The notes under the pieces: model-generated
Database searches by the model: none
What the model saw: only the letters and a program-made list of their open reading frames with translations
What the model was told of the DNA's origin: nothing
Source: Antedon mediterranea
Taxonomy: Eukaryota; Animalia; Echinodermata
Assembly (NCBI RefSeq): GCF_964355755.1
Contig: NC_092672.1
Span: forward strand, 30,944,437 to 31,008,436
Length of the DNA stretch: 64,000 nucleotides
Reading direction: 5' to 3'
In this document: piece after piece, positions 1 to 12,700 of the stretch
Layout of the letters: the number at the start of each line of letters is the position of its first letter
How positions within the stretch are numbered: the first letter of the stretch is position 1
Position numbers and translations under genes: made by a program

Positions 1-317
1 CTGGGTACATACGGGTTAAAATGTCGAAAATTCTTTAACTAAAATAGAATAAACCCGAATACCACATACAAGTTTAATAATCAATGGACTGGCCATGTAA
101 TGCTTAGAATTTGCTTTTGAAGGGAAAAAAGTGTTCGCACTTTTTGATAACCTTTCGTATTTTTTATAAGGTTTTCGTATTTGGTAATAACTGCTGTCAC
201 AAAAGTTTTCGCACTAATTATTAAAGTGTTCACACTTTGTATTAACGTGTGGCATTTTGTAAAAACTGCAGGTGTTTTTGTAATAACCTCTCGTAAATTT
301 GTAATAACCCCACGCAT

Positions 318-404
318 TTGTAGTCGTGTGCAATGGTTGGTCGGTCGGTCGGTCAGTAAACACTAGCTTGAGCACGCGACTACAGCCATGTATATGGCCT
401 TGTC
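318..404 (+). mobile_element. Short non-autonomous Helentron-associated (HINE/DINE-like) element, copy 1
   Basis: (GTCG)n microsatellite, then CACGCGACT, hairpin GCCATgtatATGGC and terminal CTTGT. A near-identical 3' part is at ~7020-7123. Confidence 0.55.
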
Positions 405-1172
405 TTCAATAACTGCTGTCGCATATTCTTATAACTGTAATAAAGTTGTAATACTTTGTAATAACCTGTTACACTTTTTAATACTTTTAATGAAAAACAT
501 AATAATTTAAACTTGTTTCTCTCATAATGCCTTTTCGTACTACACAATGACCGATATCATTGATCACACTTTCGATTGAAGAGAATTGTGCACATTCCCC
601 TTTAACTTTAACATAAGATTGAAACTTCAATATCTCAATACAATATTATAGTACACTAACATAATAATATTCTAAAAGTTAAATTTTAAACGAAACAGTT
701 ACAACAATTTTAATATGCTGGAAAAACCAATAACTTCAAATAATATAGTTAATTGTTGTTACATAATATAAATATATTGCTATAACAAAGTTAATATAAA
801 AACACAATTGCTAGAGTCCAATTGTAGATAAGGCTTTTATACTAATATTATACTTATACTAAAACTCATTAAAATAGAATTTCCTGTAGTCTGCTTTGTA
901 CAGGAAAATGTCAATACATAAATATATTCAGTAGGCCATAAAATGTAATTATAAGATTTAAAATGAGTGTAAGAAAATATAATATTGAGAGAGAACAAAA
1001 CAAATTATTTATTTTTACCAAAAACTAGGTTAGATTTTGCATTGTTGTTAATAACAATTTTATTAGGCTTATTTATTTAAATTAATCGTTACAATAGTAC
1101 ATATCTATCACTAGAAGCAAACCAGTGAGTTTGTCTAACTGAAAATGCACGCTACATACAAAATATAAAATA

Positions 1173-1345
1173 TGATGAGTGCGAAAAGAAATACGATGAA
1201 TGCGAAAAGAAATACGATGAGTGCGAAAAGAAATACAACGAGTAAGAAAAGAAATGCGACGAGTACGTAAAGAAATGCGATGAATACGAAAAGAAATGCG
1301 ACGAGTACGTAAAGAAATACGACGAGTACGTAAAGAAATACGACA
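1173..1345. repeat. 21-bp minisatellite (GACGAGTACGAAAAGAAATAC-like), left tract
   Basis: About 8 imperfect tandem units are visible; they explain the spurious low-complexity ORFs at 1135-1362. Confidence 0.9.
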
Positions 1346-1346
1346 C

Positions 1347-1612
1347 TAAACAAAGAAGACACGACTAAACTTCGGCTATGGTTGAAAGTTTAAGTCTACT
1401 TTATGTTTTGTAATTATTGACTAAAGAATTATTTTTAAATAACAAAAGTTAACACAGGCAATAGAGTGTCAACGGCACAAATCTTAACTGTCTGTGATTA
1501 ATTTCAGACAATATAATAAAGTGTTCAGTAGAATAGTCTCACGGGCTTGTTCTCCTCAATTTCATACTAGCCCGATAGTATCTCGTAAAATGAACGTCGT
1601 TACCCTTCCATA
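1347..1612 (-). pseudogene. Duplicated fragment of the FReD terminal exon (3' coding part plus 3' UTR)
   Basis: Closely matches 3369-3646 with few substitutions and one small indel. It lacks the splice acceptor and most of the exon, and sits between two 21-bp minisatellite tracts. Confidence 0.85.
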
Positions 1613-1776
1613 TAAGAAAAGAAATACGACGAGTAAGAAAAGAAATAGGATGAGTACGAAAAGAAATGCGACGAGTATGAAATGAAATGCGGCGATTACG
1701 AAAAGAAATACGAAGAGTACAAAAAGAAATACGACGAGTAAGAACAGAAGTGTACGAACGACGATTACGAAAAAAG
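1613..1776. repeat. 21-bp minisatellite, right tract
   Basis: Same AAAAGAAATACGACGAGT unit as 1173-1345. Confidence 0.85.
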
Positions 1777-2273
1777 AATTAATAATTGTTAAATGATTTT
1801 TTTGCAGAGGACTAAACTTTAAATTAAGAATAGAAGAAGAATTGTCTTCCCATGGGTTTCTTCTTTACTTTCTTGTTATCTTCCTTTAGAGTTTGTTTTG
1901 CGCGCGTATTATCTGTAAGTCTAAGTCAGATGGCCGTAGCAATTGATATTGGCAATTACTAAGGTGCATGCACGATATGTTGATTTACTTGCTGACAGTG
2001 CCACACAATTATTGGAAATTATTTTTTCAAGTTCACAATATATTTGTGTTTATTGGAATTAATTAATATTTCAATGTACACCATTTTACGATAACCATAG
2101 TTTATATTATTGTATTTATACACGTGTGATACCTCCCTCCACATCTTTTCAATAACAAGTTAGAACTAAAATTTCACAGATGAACATTCGATTTAAAATG
2201 CATCTCATCGCGAGAGTTATCTAACAGGAAGCTAGCCTCTTCCTTTGTCTTTAATTGAAAAAAAAAAACATAC

Positions 2274-2337
2274 CTGATGATACAATTGTAGCCTTTAAAA
2301 CAATCAGGCAAAGAAAGAACGTCCGATAAATACACAT
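2274..2337 (-). CDS. Signal-peptide first coding exon (MCIYRTFFLCLIVLKATIVSS), paralog B; downstream exons not identified in the window
   Basis: ATG at 2337, 21 codons + 1 nt, then donor G|GTATG. Hydrophobic peptide, similar to the exon at 7710-7767 (MC.YRT.FL). Confidence 0.6.
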
Positions 2338-3572
2338 TCTTTCTTCAATATTAACAAATTTAAATGGGTCTGCTTTTAGTTGCTCGGTGAGGAATGGTGA
2401 AATAACATTTGCTAAACTTTTACATAAATTGCGCTATAACTCGGAGTATTTACACATAGAGGGAGATATTTTGGAAAGTTTTACATAAAGAAGAAGTTTT
2501 ACACATCTAAAATATACATTGCGTGGTCACTAGTTACTTCCAAGTGACAATTTCTTTACCTCTAAATATAGGTCTATTGTTTTTAGAAAGCTATTTTAAA
2601 AATAACTAAAAGAAGTGACAACTTCTAAAGGCCAGCTCAGACAGCGTCGTACGACGAGGCCCGACGAGCCGACTCGTCGGGAGAAAATTAAACATATTTA
2701 AAGTTCTCCCACGGTGACCTAAAAAACTATCCATCGCAAGACGACTTATCTCGTCGGGTATCAACTCAGACAGAACCGATGCTATCTGAGTTAGCCTAAT
2801 GCTTCTTTTAGGATGATAAAACACGTAATTAAGCAGCAACATTCTAATGATTCCTTGGGGGCTTAAGCCTATACACAGTTAATTAAGTTTATTGGTACAC
2901 TAGTCTTTTCTTTATTTTTTTAGTTTTAATGTCAAATTAATTTGTTTTTATGTTGGTAGTAGCAAGGAAATGTTTTAACAGGACACTGAGCTCACCTTAA
3001 AAACTTTTAACAGTTCTTTGATCGTATGTCTGGTTGCGACAAATACCAACAGTGCTGTATTATGCACATGTTCTCCGCGGCGCGCAGCAGCATGTGACAG
3101 ATCGTGTCGCAGCCACAGATAAATCCTTTTATCGCCAGAGCTAAACAAAAAGTGTGCAAATGAATAATTGAGGGCGACATACCACATTCGTTAATAGCTA
3201 ACGAAATTTCAAGAACTTAGCAGCGATATTTACTATTTGTGTAAGATATATAATATATATTAAATTATTCATACGTATTATCTAGCCTTTGATCTAAATA
3301 AATTACAAACCTTTACATTTATCGTTTAAAAAATTACATTTTACCTAAACATATTTCATCTCCATTTTCTAAACAAAGAAGACACGACTAAACTTCGGCT
3401 ATGGTTGATAGAAGATTGAAAGTTTAAGTCTACTTTATGTTTTGTAATTATTGACTAAAGAATTATTTTAAAATAACAAAATGTAACACACGCAATAGAG
3501 TGTCAACCGCACAAATCGTAACTGTCTGTGATTAATTTCAGACAATATAATAAAGTGTTCAGTAGGATTGTG

Positions 3573-3820
3573 TCATGGGCTTGTTCTCCTCAATTTCATA
3601 TTAGCCCGATAGTATCTCGTAAAATGAACGTCGTTACCCTTCCATATGATACCAAGAGCAAATCCATCCACGTCATCAAATATACCGTTCAGATGAGTGT
3701 TAAAACATTCGGTAAACCACCACGCTCCATGGTAAGTATCAGAACATGCATTTATGTTCATGTCATTATCCTGGTCTGTTGTTGAAAACTTCATTCCTTT
3801 GTTGCGGTATAATGAGTCAC
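3573..3820 (-). CDS. Fibrinogen-related domain (FReD; ficolin/tachylectin-5-like) terminal exon
   Basis: Acceptor AG at 3822-3821. Translation (G)DSLYRNKGMKFSTTDQDNDMNINACSDTYHGAWWFTECFNTHLNG...GIIW...MKLR contains the canonical FReD motifs FSTxDxDND and GAWW..C...LNG. Confidence 0.9.
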
Positions 3821-4049
3821 CTATGGATGTGATGAATACAGTAGTAACTATGGAACGTAATCTCTTCTTTGCGGTGACGTGATGCTCTTATACTCTTTTT
3901 CATTATGCTTTTATACTATTATACATCATGCTAGTATACAGTTATTCTGAATGCTCTTATACTCTTTCGTTATTCTATTATAGGATCTCTAATGGCAGAT
4001 TGTTTACGCGCATGGCGTGACTGCCATGAAAAAAAGTTTACATAAAATT

Positions 4050-6021
4050 GCGTACCATCTAGGTCGTATCCACAGATGATTCTCGAATACACAGTAATTT
4101 CAGCGTAAAAAATGTATGTACCACCGCAGGACCATAGTACAGGGATTTTTTTTTTAAATGCCAATTTTCGACCTTTTTATTTTTCGATAAAACTGGTTAC
4201 TATAGCAAAATTAACATGCGCAGAACCCATTAGTAGATTCTGCGCATGTTTATTATGCTATAGTAAGCATTTATGTCAAAACTGGTTACTATAGCACAAT
4301 TGACGTGCGCAGAACCCATTATTCGTCTCTGCGCATGTTTATTATGCAATAGTAACCATTTATGTCAAAAAATAAAAGGGTAAAAAATCGGCCATATTTT
4401 GAAAATTTTCCTCTACTAATAGTACATTGTCGTTTACAGAAACGAATAAATAGAAACGATGATTTATGTAAAATTAGCACCCTGGGAATTAGACCTTGTC
4501 TTAAAAATGAGTCCAATTTTTTTATTTGATCTCATTTAAACAAACCCAATTTGTGTTTTGTACATAAAATTAGAGTTGAGGGATGGGGAAGAGGATGAGA
4601 AGAACAACTTTTAAATATTATTCTCTATCCACTCAGTAACGAAATATTGTTTAAAATGTTTTATAAGCCTATCAATAAAATACCACTAATCACAGTAAAA
4701 CATTTACGATTTATAATACTTTTTTAAAACTGTCCCTGTTATAGTCGATTGAAATAGTAAAGTACATAACGATACACCACTACAACGTTTAAATTTTTTA
4801 TCTATATATAAATTTACGTAAGGGCAAAATTCGGTAAATCGCGGCTTACTTTTAGAATTTTTACTCGGTGGTATGTAAAGTTGGTTCGTACTTTCGGTAC
4901 TGATTTTAACCACCTGATGTAACCCTGTTTACTAATTAAATTAAGTTAGATAATTAGTTATTGACGATTAAAACGAATTTAGGTTCAACGATTTGCCCCA
5001 TATAGGGGTGTTTTCCGATCGTGGTATACACTGTCTAATGGATGTCCATCTTGAAAAATACCCGCCACAAAAATGCGAGGAGGCTTCGCATTTTCCTATC
5101 TCCTCCTACGATAATTGTTTTTAATAGCTGAAAACAGGTTAAACAGCTCGAGTACAGTATTATAATGTTGAAGACAGGCCGATTTTCTTTAAAAAATACT
5201 ATTTTGATAGATTTAATATACGTTTATACAAATGTATTGATTTGCGATGAATGGAACATTCCAATCTCTGTGTCGTTCCACAAGTGTCTATTCCCTCAGG
5301 CGTCGTAAAGGAAAGTACTGTATACTCATAACAGAAATTCGATCCATTTTTTTTTTCAATCTGTGCTGCAGAGGTTGGATATAATTTTTTTTAAACGGAT
5401 ATTGAGCTAGCGTTTTCAGTCGCCGTAATTTAATATTTATTACCGATTAAATCAAATTTATGATTTGCCCCGAATAGAGGTGGTTTTCACAAATTGTTTA
5501 ACATTATATATAAACATACGTCGTAGTGTATCGTTACATGTACTGTACTATCTCAATCGACTACGACGGTGATAGTTTCAACAAAGTATTACATCGCAAT
5601 GTTTTACTGTGTTTAGTGGTATATTATTTGTAAATGTAATTGTAATGTTAATTAATATTTCGTTACAAAATAAAGAATATATTTAAAAATTGTTCCTCTT
5701 TGCACCCATCCTCTTCCCCATCTCTCAACCATAATGTTACATACAAAACACAAATTAAGTTTGTTTAAATTTGACTTAAACAATTGGTCTCATTTTGTGA
5801 CAACTTTCTCTTTCGGAAGTAATTCCCAGTGTGCTAATTTTAGTTGAGTACATAAATCACAGTATCTATTTAATCGTTCCTGTAAACGACATATATTATT
5901 GTCCTGCATTATTGTACATTTGAAATCGCCAGTTTTTTAACGCTGAAATTACTGTGTATTCGAGAACCATCTGTGGGCACGACCTAGATGGTACGCGAGC
6001 GAAGCGAGCGTACCATCTAGT
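4050..6021. mobile_element. Large imperfect foldback (inverted-repeat) element ending in a CTAG-bounded hairpin
   Basis: 4050-4110 is the reverse complement of ~5935-5996, and ~4420-4790 of ~5505-5890. The right end reads CTAGATGGTACGC-gagcgaagcga-GCGTACCATCTAG. Confidence 0.7.
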
Positions 6022-6261
6022 AATTATTAATTAATACAAACGTTGAGAAGCAAATGTTAGTAATCTACTCACAGTCGCAGTAATAAATGTTCCACAGTAA
6101 CCACATTCACAGTAAGACAATTTCGATTCAAATGACGACAACAAATTTACAATATTGTCAAAGTATTGCAATACTATAATAAGTTTTATTCTCCAAGGGC
6201 CCATAAATTTACCTACTTGTGTTAAACCAAGGGTTCATAAATTTACCTACAAACTGGGAGT

Positions 6262-6730
6262 CTGAGAGATTGGAATGTTCCATTTATCGCAGATCAAAAG
6301 AGTTGTATAAATGTATATTAAATCTATCAAAATAGTATTTTTTTAAGAAAATCAGCCTGTCTTCAACATTATGATGCTGTACTCGAGCTGTTCAACCGGT
6401 TTTCAGCTATTAAAAATTATTATCGTAGGGGGAGATAGGAAAATGCGAAGCATCCTCCTACTGTGTGCGGGTATTTTTCCATGGACATTCATTAGACAGT
6501 GTATACCACGAATGGAAAACACCCCTATTTTGGGCAGATCGTTGAACCTAAATTCGTTTGAAACGTCAATAACTAATTACCTAACTAAATTTAAATAGTA
6601 AAGAGGGTTACATCAGATGGTTAAAATCAGTACCGAAAGTATGAACCAACTTTATATACCATCGAGTAAAAATTCTAGAAATAAACCGAGATTTATCGAA
6701 TTTTGCCCTTACGTAAATTTACATATAGAT
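6262..6730 (-). repeat. Inverted copy of 4799-5270
   Basis: For example GAGATTGGAATGTTCC...AAATCTATCAAAATAGTATTT and TTTTGCCCTTACGTAAATTT are reverse complements of the sequences at ~5195-5268 and ~4810-4830. Confidence 0.8.
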
Positions 6731-7019
6731 ACTATTACGTGACCAGAATTGACTTTTTTATTTACTTTAATTCTAAGAGCATTGTTTATATTGATATTAT
6801 ACAGAATTATTTATTCATTCATACTCGTAAAAAGTATACAAAACCAGCAAAATATGGCTTATGATTGAAAAGGACACATTTCTAAACAAAACTCGGGTGC
6901 AGAAAAAACAACTACAGTATTGATCATAATATTTAAAATAATGCAAAATGTAAATGTGTGGCAATATTCCTGTCGTACCATTTATATTGTTTTAGGCTTT
7001 ATTTTCTGTGCTCATTTTT

Positions 7020-7123
7020 GCATGCGAATCTACAGCTCATGTCGGTCGGTCGGTTGGTTGGTTGGTCGGTAAACAATAACTCAAATTTGAGCACGCGACT
7101 GCAGCCATGTATATGGCCTTGTT
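7020..7123 (+). mobile_element. Short HINE/DINE-like element, copy 2
   Basis: GTCGGTCGGTCGGTTGG...TTGAGCACGCGACTGCAGCCATGTATATGGCCTTGTT matches 318-404. Confidence 0.55.
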
Positions 7124-7709
7124 CAAATATGACAGGTCAGCGAAGATGAATTTCTTTCGAAAGATGGTCCTTTGTTTGACAATGGTTTGCCCGACTCGAC
7201 TAATTATTAATCTTGTATAACAAATTAATGGTTATCCGTCAAGTGCGAATAATAAAAAAGAATAAAATTTAAAACGAAAAATACGAGAAAAGAAAATAAG
7301 AAAGAGGAAAAAGGGGAAAATGGATAAAAAACGAAAAATGAATCTAAGACTATTTTAAAAAGTGGTGCGACGGGACTTTTTGTAATGTTATAAGAAAAAA
7401 CAAACAAGACTGATCTTTATCACGATTCTTTATACTTTTCTTCTTCTTACTCTTGGCGGAGGTTGCAACTCTCTGATTGTTATTACTATACTAGTATTAT
7501 TCAATTACAGTCAGCAAACTGGATTCAAGAAACAGGGTCTGGCAAACTTGTTTTTTTCGAGCGCGTGTGTTTAGCAGATTTCGCGCGAGTTGAGAGATAC
7601 ATTATAGTCTTCAGTTAAGATAATTAGAAACCAAAAATTTGGTTTTTTTCTTCTTTTTTAACCTAATGACTCATGGTCCTAAAATGGTATTTAACTTAAT
7701 GTAACTTAC

Positions 7710-7767
7710 CTTTAGATGATAGAGATGTAACCATCATAACGAGAAATAACGTCCGATAAAAACACAT
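7710..7767 (-). CDS. Signal-peptide first coding exon (MCFYRTLFLVMMVTSLSSK), paralog A; likely first exon of the FReD gene
   Basis: ATG at 7767, 19 codons + 1 nt, strong donor AAG|GTAAGT. Phase 1 is compatible with the acceptor at 3820. Confidence 0.65.
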
Positions 7768-8054
7768 CGTGTTGATGAACTTAAAACAAGGTTCTCGTTG
7801 CTGACGTTTGGATAAAAACCTTTGCTATAAATAAAGTAGCCGATGAAGCACTCAGTGTGCCAATTTACTGATAGAGGGAGATAAATTGATCTAACCAAAC
7901 AAACAATTGATAGTATTTTGAGAAAACAACAAGCTATAGTAGACTGTAGCTAATAATTAAATAGCATAGGTAGATACTTTACTTAAATAAATGACGATTA
8001 CATAAATAGTCACATTATATAATAAACATAAAGATATCTACAACTTCAGTTGGG

Positions 8055-8270
8055 TGCAGGCTTATACGTTTAAATAACAACCAAGATTGAATTTTGAAGT
8101 TTGTAAGCCTACTACTTTTAACATTCCCACCACTGGTTCTTGGGAAACTCTCGCCCCCAACCGAACATACTGGCGTTCTAAATTGGTAACTGGTCACCAA
8201 TTATCTGCCAATGCATTCGTTGCTGAATGTGAAAGGCTTTGTAGCATTCGTCACCAGCAGAGTAACCTAA
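8055..8270 (+). mobile_element. Old RTE-clade LINE 3' ORF fragment
   Basis: Translation FNIPTTGSWETLAPNRTYWRSKL resembles the WExLAxDRxxWR C-terminal motif of RTE ORFs. Short and degraded. Confidence 0.45.
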
Positions 8271-8519
8271 TTGCAGATGTTTAAAAATAATATTTTGGAC
8301 CTGAGGTTATCGTTTATCAAGATGGGATTGGGCCATATAAAGAAAAATGTGTACAGAAGTTAAAATATTCTTAAGAAGCCTAGTATTTAAGGAATAGTGC
8401 CTTTTCCACCATTTTATGTACTCTTTATGTTATTCTATATTCAAAAGACCTCGTTTTCGGATAAACCAATAACAATGGATGATAGAGGGCGACATACATT
8501 TACCGATACCGGAGTACTT

Positions 8520-8725
8520 TAAGCTTGGTTCCGACTTGCGACGCAACGTAACGCAACCTACGCAACATAAGCAAAATGCCCTTCCAATAATTGTGTTAAA
8601 CCTGCGTGAAATCAAACCTGCGATATATGCAGCACTATTGCGTCGTCGGTTCCCACATTGATTACGCAATACATCACTTTGCGTCAACACATCGCTGCGT
8701 TGCGTTCTAGTGGGAACCACGCTTA
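8520..8725. mobile_element. MITE family A (AGCTTGGTTCC(C)ACT...AGTGGGAACCA(A/C)GCT termini)
   Basis: Terminal inverted repeats and an internal CGCAA/CGTAA-rich sequence shared with the copies at 16297-17772. Confidence 0.75.
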
Positions 8726-9703
8726 ACTCTCCTACGTTAGTTTCCGATGAAAGTGAAGTCATGATTTACGACACGTGACCCAAGTGCAATGGTGAATGCC
8801 CGTTTATGCTATTACTTTTCCAGTGCACTTTAAAACACGTCTATTAATTACAGATAGTCATAAAAATAAACAATGATTGATAGAGGGCGACATATAGCCT
8901 TTGCCCGATGAAGTCAGTTGGATTAAATATTGAGCTTTTTCATAAAGAAAATTATAATTACTAGAGGGTGAGCTCGCTTCCCTCGCTCCCCCTCTAGGAA
9001 GTGTAGACGATGGTTCTCGGAATGTTAATGTTCCCCTTTATATACGTTTTCTGTAGGTTACCATTATTGAAAATGCTTGACATTCGTAAAACTAAACTAC
9101 TCTGTTTCACAGTGTTTTAGATGATTAATAACATTTTACAGTATAGTTTTTATTGTTTGGTAGGGCCCTTTGGGGAGGCGGAGTTCATTTGAGGGAGGTG
9201 CTTATTCGAGGGATATATGTTAAATTTTTTAGTTTTAATAATATGGTAAGATTTATAATCAAATGAAATCCTATAGATATGAAAAGTGGTAAAAATTGTG
9301 TTATTATAAATGTGGATGGACGTTTATTAGATAGTTGGGTTGGGGGGGGGGGAGGATTATTATTCAAAGTGATGTTTTATTGAAGAGGCGTTTATTCAAA
9401 TAAATACCATCCTAATAATTATTAATACATTATTTAATTTAATCATCTTTTGAAACTAACTGCCGTGACAGAGTGGGCCCAAGAAAGAAGACATTACGGC
9501 TTGCAACATGGGCAGACATCTCGGTCCTAACGGGACACAGGAAGATAGCCTACAGTTATTCCTGCCAGTTTACTCAATAAATCTCAGCTGCTATCGGGAT
9601 TTCACTCGATTTTAAACAAAATGTCTTATCATCAAATCTCCCTATGTAATTTTATAATACTATTCCCCACAATATATTCCAATTCTTTTTGGCGTATATT
9701 TAA

Positions 9704-12700
9704 AGGGGGATTCTGGGTTTAAAATTGCTTTTAAGTATCGTTTATTCATTAAATAAAAAATATTATAACAATATAGACATGTCAGAATGAAGAAGTAATA
9801 ACGAGAAATTAAAAAAATTAAATTTCATATACATTTTAGGGTAAATTCATGGAAAGTCTGTTTTTCAGCAGCTTAGGGAAGCTCATTAATATTCATGAGA
9901 TATTCACAAAATCACGTCACCAGTGGATTCCAAACTCGCGACGTCATGTACGTTGTGTTTGTCAACTAATTTACATCTCTCTCCCCTGTCAAACGACGAC
10001 CACCCGATCATTGTGAAATACATTTTTTGTAGATTTTCTAAGCTAGGCCTAAAGTGTAATAATAACAGTAGTAGCATATATTTATTTGACATTTAATGAA
10101 ATACAAAATTTAGTACAGATACGGAGTCATAAATTATACTATTTTTATACCTCTATAGTACAGATCGTATTATCGGCTTCACGTACAATACTACTCTAGG
10201 CCTAGCCTAATAATAATATGGGCGAGAGCCATTCTGACTAGGGATTCCATGCCACGATGGCTACGTTAAAACAATGGGGCCCATGGGCCTAGCTAGCCTA
10301 CTACTAGACGATTGGCCCATAAATAACAAAACCCATCCTATCAACCAAACTCCTAAACAATCTAAACCTAAAACGTTCTACAAAATCGGCTGTAAATATT
10401 GAAGCAAAACAAGGTCCGATCGCCGTCCACACGTATGGTGTCCCGATCGTCTAAGTAGGCCTAAAATAAAATAGGCTTAGTTTACTCTCCAAAAAAGCGG
10501 ATACTCATGCATCAAGCAAGTAGACCAGGTAGTAGGAAGGAGACCTAGCCGATCCGGCCCAGTTAAAAATTGAGCTAGCTAGTGTAGTAGACCCTATTAT
10601 ATGCGAATTGATACTACCAGGCCTTTTACTATAGTAGGCTGCACTACACAAATATTCCAACTCTCTCATTCGAGCTATATTATCTATACCATTCCGGTAG
10701 GTCAAGTCGACCTTCAATCAAATACTGTACATCGTTCATGTTTTTTTGATTTGATTTGATTTATTTCGGCATCAGTACATAAAATATCACAGACATACAA
10801 TTAAAATTGGCAAATATAAAAAGACCAATATAAAACAAGGATGTCAAGGATAACTCATAAAAGTCCTCTACGGACTTGTTTCCAATGAGGTCCTTTGAAA
10901 GAACAGCAAAAAAGACAAACAAAGCAACAATAAAAATTACAAAAAACAGCAAAAAGGACAATCGAAAAAAGAAGAAGCGCTAATTAAATAGTTTCTAGAG
11001 CTAGTGAACGTTCCTGTAGATACGTTTTAACTTTACTTTTAAAACAACAAACAGTTTGTGATTCCTTAATGTTAATTGGTAAATTATTCCATTCTTTAAT
11101 AGCATTGTAAAAAAAAGGTCACATGTGCCATTGGCTTGATAGTTGGGATTCTAAAATTAAAATTGCATCCCCTAGTATTGTAATTATGACTGTCTGAAAT
11201 TCTAATAAAACGATTGCATAAATAAGGTGGACAACAATGATTAAATATTTTAAAAACATGACAGACTCTAAGAAATTCGACACGGTCTTGGACTTTTAAC
11301 ATACCAACGTCGTTTAGCTGAGATTGACCAACATGAGATCGGGGACCTAACTTTTTTATAAAACGAACCATTTTGTTTTGAGTCGTTTGTAATTTTGATT
11401 TTAAATTTTTATTTACCGTAGAAGACCATGAGCAAACCGAATAATCGAACATCGGTTGGATTAAAGCGAAACTAAGAATTTTGCGACAATGTGAATTAAG
11501 AAATGATGATTGTCGGTACAGAAATTTCAGTCTGCCGTTTGCTTTGTTTATAACAGAGCGGGCAATGACGTCACCTGATACATTTTGGTCAATCTCAATA
11601 CCTAGATATTTGATAGATTTTGATCCATTTATAGTCGTTCCAAAGCAAACAATATAGAATTCGTTTACTTTGCTTAATCTGCGTTTAGAACCAAACAGGA
11701 TGCATTCGGTCTTACCCATATGAAGCGAAAGTTGATTGTCGATCAGCCAATTATTGCATGATACGAGATTGTTTTGGAGTTTAGATTGGATTGCGATTGG
11801 ATCTTTATGGGAGTAAAAAATTGCACAATCGTCAGCGTACAAAACAACTTTACAATCACTTTCGATACTAGATGGTAGGTCATTCACGTAAACAAGAAAC
11901 AAGAGAGGACCCAAAAGGCTATCCTGGGGGACTTCACATCCAATCTCAATAGAGTTCGATTTGGTACCTTTAATATCGACAATCTGATTTCGCCCAGACA
12001 GGTACGCTTGAAACCAACCAATAGACCGGCATCCTAGATACTTAAGTTTTTTACACAAAATATCATGATTGACCGAGTCAAAGGCCTTTTGGACATCGAG
12101 TAAAACCATACCCGTAAATAAACCATTTGACATTTGAACTCTAAGGTGATCTCTAAGATGGATAAGACATGTGTCGGTAGAAAATGATCTACGAAAACCG
12201 GATTGATGATCGTAGATAAGTTGATTCCTTTCAAGGTAATCGGAAACTTGTATATATACCACCTTCTCCAGAATTTTCGAAACTGAGGAGAGAATGCTTA
12301 TAGGTCTGTAATTGTTAGCCTCAGTTCTGGAATTCTTTTTATGAAGGGGCGTGACTTTTGCGAGTTTAAAATCCGAGGGAATACGTTCGTATTTAATGGA
12401 GAGGTTAATTATATGTGTTATTGGTATTTTAATATTAGGAGCTCCGTCTCTAAGAAATTTTGCAGGAATCTGATCAAGGCCTACACTTTTAGATGGGTTG
12501 AGATTTCTCAATTCCTCTTCGATAAGGCTCTCATCAATTTCTTCGAGAGAAAAACCAGAAACATGTTTGATTTTGCTATTATAGTAATTTTTAAAGGCAT
12601 TCGAACCCCCACTAAAAAGGTTACTGGGAGAAGGCAATTTCTTCATTAAATCGGAAGCAATATTTGCGAAGTATTTATTGAAATAATTTGAAACTTCGCT

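Noticed and set aside
6072-6173. Minus-strand exon candidate (VLQYFDNIV...CECGYCG) ending at a GTGAGT donor
   Set aside because: Weak acceptor, no FReD similarity, and it ends in phase 0, which is incompatible with the phase-1 FReD exon.
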